64,000 nucleotides of DNA from the NCBI GenBank assembly GCA_051294375.1, contig CM119271.1, positions 13,073,039-13,137,038 on the forward strand. The letters are read 5' to 3'. The stretch is from Paraspadella gotoi (Eukaryota > Animalia > Chaetognatha). The position numbers and the translations under genes are program-made. Shown here in pieces: positions 59,086 through 64,000 of the stretch; the first letter of the stretch is position 1; the number at the start of each line of letters is the position of its first letter. Under the pieces are notes generated by a model. That model worked only from the letters and a program-made list of their open reading frames with translations, had not been told where the DNA came from and did no database searches.

Positions 59086-62000
59086 CCATCATCATCATCT
59101 CCCCCCATTTCTTAACTTACCTCGGCTGCACTTCCCTCTCGACGCAAAATCCCCAAATCATTCGACCAATCAGAGACGAGAACTGCGAGGCCACGCCCAC
59201 CGTGCTTAGTTCGCCCTGGTGCTTGACGACGACCCGCAGCTGCTTGGGTTTAATCGGATGAACTGCTTGCACGCTGGAGAGCTTGTGCGATTGGATCAAG
59301 CGGAGGGAGGGGCGGCCCTCGGCGTCGTTTGTCGCCTTGATTGGTTGGAATTGATTGATGGATTGATTGATCGATTGATTAATAGATTTCATTATTCAAT
59401 TGTTTAATAACTTATTTACTTATTTCACGAATATATTACAATTAATTTATTTAGCTCACCCTGTAAACGGCGATCTCCCTGTGCGAGATCCCGAACAGTT
59501 CGTCGATCGCCTCCATGGGAAAGAACTTCATGAAGTAGGCGGGCCATTCCTTCGCCAACTGGACCACCTGTTGTGAAGCAATAAGATCTTGTTCGTTATG
59601 TTCATTTGCATATTGTCGTATTTTATTTGAGAGCGAATTGATTCTCATTCTCAAGTTTTATTAGATTAATATCATTCTTTTTTAGAAATTATCACACTTT
59701 TTGTAATGATGGTTTAAAAATAAGAAGGCTAAATAGTCATTTTATTGTTTAAATAGCTAAATATTATTCGACCATTAATCCCCTTCCCTCCCAACCTTCT
59801 TCTCAATCTCTTCGTCGACGGCTCCTCGATGCAACCGCCTCCCGCCCGCTATCCCGTATTGCCCGAACATCATCTTGGCGCGTCGGGCGTCGTCGGGCGA
59901 GATCCTCGGCGTCGGTCTGCCCGACATGAGATCGGACGCGATTTGATCGAACACGAGAGACCGGACGCGAGGATGTCGAATCCTCTCGCCGGGATAGAAG
60001 ACTTCCTTCCGGGCGAGGAGCCGAAAGGTCGGAGCCTCGAAGGCTAAACACGGCCCCGGAGGAAAAGGCTGCAGGGCGATCGTCGCTAATTCGCCGCGCG
60101 AGGTAGAAGGGACTTCGCCGCGCGATCTCGTCTCGTTCTGGAGTTCGGCGTAATGATGTTCTCGAACGTCTATCTTTGTCAAGTCGTCGTTGTTGTCGTC
60201 GTTGTTGTCGTCGTTGTCGTTTCTGCCGGTTCCATCTTCTCGTCGACTCGCTTCTTCTACCTTCGGGTGAAGTTGGTTGGAATCATACATACATCATACA
60301 TAATTTAACAATTGTATCTTTTTGTATTACTTTACTACCCCAGACAGCTTATTTTGTTTGAAGTACAACCATGTCTTAATTTCAAAATCTTTTTTTTTTC
60401 AATATTGTGAACAAATTTATATATTACCTCATAAAAAATTTATTAAAGAAAGTATAAATATTTTTCAAAAATTATGTTGTCGATTCAAAATTATTAAAAA
60501 CTATATTTTTAAACTGAAAATGAATTTTTTTTTCTTTTATAAATTTCGTAAAGAATTAAAATCCGGTCTTATACATGAAAAAATAATAGCCTATTACGTA
60601 TATCATCGACGAAAACAACAACGACAACGAACAACCAACTTTGCTATGCTTATTAATATAGCTATAGCTATAGTTATAGTTATAGCTATAGTTATAGCTA
60701 TAGCTATATTAAAAATAAGAATAGCTATAGCTCACTGGTGTCCAGTATTGTACAAAATTAATAGAAGAATTTAATTTCATGCTCTAAATGCTAAATTTCA
60801 AATTTTATAAAATTGATATATATATCTCTTACCTTGATTCCTTCCGCTCTTCGTCTCTGATCCTCCCGATGCTTGTTCCAAATCTCCGACTGCAGCGGAC
60901 GGATGATTTGAATCGGCGGCTGACCCGCCGAGAGGCCCTTCAAGGGCTTCGGAGTCTCCGCCGTCCGGACGCGGCCAGAGGCTCGATCGGCGCCGTCCGA
61001 CGAAGACCGGACGAGGAACGCCACGCGGCGCTGCTCCGCCGCTCCGCATTCTCCGTCCCGCCGCGTCCGCCGCAGCAGATTCGGCGGCGGGAGGCCTTTG
61101 TCGTCCAGCGGCGGCGGCCACTGGATGTTGGCGACTCGAACGGTCTTGGCGCGGTTCTTGATCTGCAGCAAGGTGCGCGCCGAGGGAGAGAAGTCTCTCC
61201 CGCCGAAACGGATCGTCGGAGGAGGAAGAGGAGGAGGAGGAGGAATCTCGGAGACGACGACGTTGTTGGGAGAGACTTTGGCCGTCGGCGAAGGCTTGGA
61301 GGAATCCTCCGCGGATTCGACGAGGCGTTGGAGACGAGCGCTCGTCTGAAGGATCTTGGAACGGGTCGTGGATGAAGAATCGGTGCTTGCTGGAGAAACG
61401 TCTCGTCTTTGTTTCCAAAGATTAGGCGACTGAGGCGTGGCTCCGTTCGAAGAGGAGACGCCGGAAGCGGCGGCCGATACGCTCGAGGATTCGGGCGGGG
61501 GGTGATCCTCGACGAGCCGTTCCACTGATCTCGTCATACTGACGGAAGCGGATGCTTGTGGTCCGGATTGGATCACGGTTTGGAGAGCTCTGCCACGGAT
61601 AATCGTTTAAACTTAAAATTTTAATTTAATCGTCTTGTTTTAGTTAAACTTAAAATATTAATTTAATCATTTGTTTTAGTTAAACTTAAAATATTAATTC
61701 AATTATTTGTTTTAGTTAAACTTAAAATATTGATTTAATTATTTGTTTTAGTTAAACTTAAAATATTAATTTAATCGTTTTTTTTAGTTAAACTTAAAAT
61801 ATTAATTTAATCGTTTTTTTAGTTAAACTTAAAATATTAATTTAATCGTTTTTTTTAGTTAAACTTAAAATATTAATTTAATCATTGCTCAATCTTCACC
61901 TCTGAAACGCTTGCTGTTGAATCGTCTGCAATGCAGCATTTTGCAAAGTCTGTAACTGCAGCATTTGAGTCAGATGAGCGTAGTATGCTTGCTGCAATTG

Positions 62001-63347
62001 ACTTTGATACATTTGCTGGATGGGATCACCCATGTAGGGGTTCACGCCTGCTTCACAGTAAGAGGTAACAAAAATATTGTAAATTGTAATATGAAATTGG
62101 TTGAACCAATATAGAAAGTAACAATTCACTTAATAAACAATTTAAACATTAAACAAGCTATTTTGCGCCTGACTTTTGAATATGGAGGCCTCCATTCCTC
62201 TTACAAGATAATTAACTAATTATGTATATTATATTAAAAATATATTATTCAATTTTGTCTCTGCTAGTTATTTTTTTGGATTTTTATCTCTTCATTTCTT
62301 GTTATAATTTGCGAGACATACAACTATTTTCTCACCAGCTTTTCCAGCTGCGCTTCCGAACGGCACCAAGTTGAAGGAAGGTTGGAACCCGGAACTCACG
62401 ATGTTGGTGTTGTTGTTGCTGCGCATGAAGTCGATCGTCGACGTCGTCATTATCGGAGGCGGAAACGAAGCAGACGACGACGGCTTCAAATCGGCGTCAG
62501 CCTCGCATTCCGACCCAGTCCTGCCCCGCTCCTCCGACAAAGTCCTGCCACGCTCCTCCGACCCAGTCTTGCCCCGCTCCTCCGACCCAGTCTTGCCCCG
62601 CTCCTCCGACCCAGTCTTGCCCCGCTCCTCAGATCCTAGACCCTTCAAAGTCTTGGCGAGCGTCGCGGGATCAATGACGACCTGTTGAAAGTTCTTTAAT
62701 CTCATTTGCATATAGTAGTAAATTTTTTTAAAGTGTATTAGGTCTATTCTCTGTGTAATATGCGGCTTTTTTTTAGGTTTTAGAGCGTTTATTTATATTG
62801 TTTATTAGACTAAACGATTTATTGATATTTTTTTTTATATTTTGTTAATTGATTTTAATGATTGAGACATAGAGAGTTTAATTCTAAACCCCTTATCAGT
62901 TATCACCTTGTCGACGTCTCTCAAGGCGATCTCGAAGACGCGGTCGACGAACCCATCCAGACTCTCGCCGGAATTCGTCGTCGTCGTCATCTTCGGCGTC
63001 ACTCCGTGGTAGCGTTGATTCAGCGCCGACGTCCGCGAGAGACTCAAGTTCCTTTCTCCAGAGGGCGTTGCAGAATGGAGAGAAGACGCCGCGACGATGT
63101 CGACGAGAGGGGCGCCGGAATCCGTGGCGGGGCACCCGACGGCGTCGAAAACGAAACCGTCGCCGAGAAGCTCGAAACCGACGCCTCCGCTGCTGCCGCC
63201 GACCTCCTCGAACGACAGGCTCCACCCGCATCTTTCGGCTTCGGGGATGTCGGCCAATCCGCCCAAAGCTGCCGCCGCCAACTTGGACGCCGTCGTCCAC
63301 GAATCGACTTCGCAGGCGATCGTCTCCCTCTCCCGATAAAATCCGAC
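52511..63347 (-). CDS. MYO15: Unconventional myosin XV, tail region (FERM-like, SH3, MyTH4, FERM); the 5' part lies beyond the window
   Basis: 24 phase-consistent exons: 63347-62907, 62681-62336, 62050-61900, 61589-60833, 60260-59796, 59567-59460, 59335-59121, 58238-57743, 57514-57414 (or 57408), 56976-56844, 56338-56209, 56080-56002, 55911-55895, 55656-55518, 54940-54760, 54671-54519, 54368-54220, 54035-53950, 53851-53814, 53743-53644, 53397-53348, 53247-53157, 52978-52872, 52693-52511 (TGA). Recognised motifs: VDSWTT, AKTVRVANIQWPPP, RKEVFYP, ILRFMGDYP, DEIYCQIVKQ, GWRLLS, LQNLRKTFKYGGRRNVP, WQLFGSAFF, FLDLKCGNLMVQKVTRLET. Confidence 0.93.
52715..52867. repeat. (ATCA)n microsatellite filling the last myosin intron
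   Basis: About 35 near-perfect tetramer units. Confidence 0.95.
52963..53125. repeat. 59-bp tandem repeat (about 3 units) spanning a myosin acceptor site
   Basis: gcgacgagagcttttcctgatataatttaatgataaaatgacatgatcaatgtcacta repeated. Confidence 0.9.
57743..58238 (-). CDS. MYO15: Myosin XV SH3-domain exon with a proline-rich insertion
   Basis: YFRASRD...DDNEFLRLRRGEIVKV-[insert]-LLVCRLGRVGWVPTDALVP, 496 nt, phase-compatible. Confidence 0.8.
58992..59099. repeat. (CAT)n microsatellite
   Basis: About 33 trinucleotide units, intronic. Confidence 0.95.
61603..61885. repeat. AT-rich ~38-40-bp minisatellite (about 7 units) filling a myosin intron
   Basis: ttagttaaacttaaaatattaatttaatcgtttttt repeated. 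Confidence 0.92.
62510..62636 (-). repeat. 24-bp coding repeat (GSEERGKT, about 5 units) in a myosin exon
   Basis: ctcctccgacccagtcttgccccg units, in frame within exon 62681-62336. Confidence 0.9.
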
Positions 63348-63506
63348 CTAAGGTAAATTTCTTTTAGCTTTTTATTATTGAAAATAAGATATATTTATAG
63401 GATGAATGAATAGTTAAAAAGTAATAAATGATTATCAAAATGCCTTTAAATTAAAAAANNNNNNNNNNNNNNNNNNNNNNNNNCCCGCTGACCGAGATGC
63501 GAAAGG

Positions 63507-63509
<3 letters not shown>

Positions 63510-63572
<63 letters not shown>

Positions 63573-63756
63573 TTCGAGGATTCAGGCAGCCTGGCGGGGA
63601 TTCATGTCAGTAGGAGGATTAATGCCTGGCGATGAGGGATCAGCCGACCTGGCGGGTATTCTGGTCAGGTGATTGAGGGGTCAGGGGAGTGAGAGAATCC
63701 ATAGATAATAGAGATTTTAGGGCCGCGACGAATTTTTTTCTTTTTTTTTTTTTTTT

Positions 63757-63813
<57 letters not shown>

Positions 63814-63847
63814 TTTTTTTTTTTTTTTTTTTTTTTTTTTTCTTTTT

Positions 63848-63900
<53 letters not shown>

Positions 63901-63915
63901 TATTTTTTTTTTTTT
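63510..63915. repeat. Poly-C (63510-63572) and poly-T (63733-63915) tracts
   Basis: Directly visible homopolymers next to an N gap. Confidence 0.9.
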
Positions 63916-64000
63916 AAGCCTACATATTGGCTCGAACAATTTCACATGAAGAAAATGGTATCTTCGTGAGAAAGATTTCTTTTAAAATATCTGATTTTAC

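Noticed and set aside
61603-61885. CRISPR-like array
   Set aside because: Head-to-tail repeats without unique spacers, in a eukaryotic intron.
63640-63949. Poly-Lys and poly-Phe ORFs
   Set aside because: Translations of a homopolymer tract in a low-quality region.

Overview
Eukaryotic (metazoan, invertebrate-like) draft scaffold with AT-rich, microsatellite-rich introns, GC-rich exons and many N gaps. Manual splice-phase tracing supports three multi-exon genes. (1) A + strand gene (~6190-14289; first exon also copied at 1312-1804) ends in a PAR/C-EBP-type bZIP domain that the ORF track missed. (2) A long - strand gene (~49167 to 17455, about 30 exons, roughly 1800 aa) encodes a protein I do not recognise, with a recurring CPCxDxxC motif. 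(3) The 3' half of a class XV myosin (FERM-SH3-MyTH4-FERM tail, 24 exons, 63347 to 52511) continues beyond the window. About a third of the window is redundant, indel-rich duplicate sequence (1-2800 vs 4790-7550; 35823-44912 vs 19491-35722; an inverted fold-back at 30655-33752). This most likely reflects raw long-read gap filling. Mobile DNA includes two 8-bp-TSD MITEs, a DINE-1/HINE-like element, TIR elements with telomere-like cores, tRNA-derived SINE heads, a degraded Gypsy-type pol, and an LTR fused to 38 nt of tRNA-Leu 3' end.
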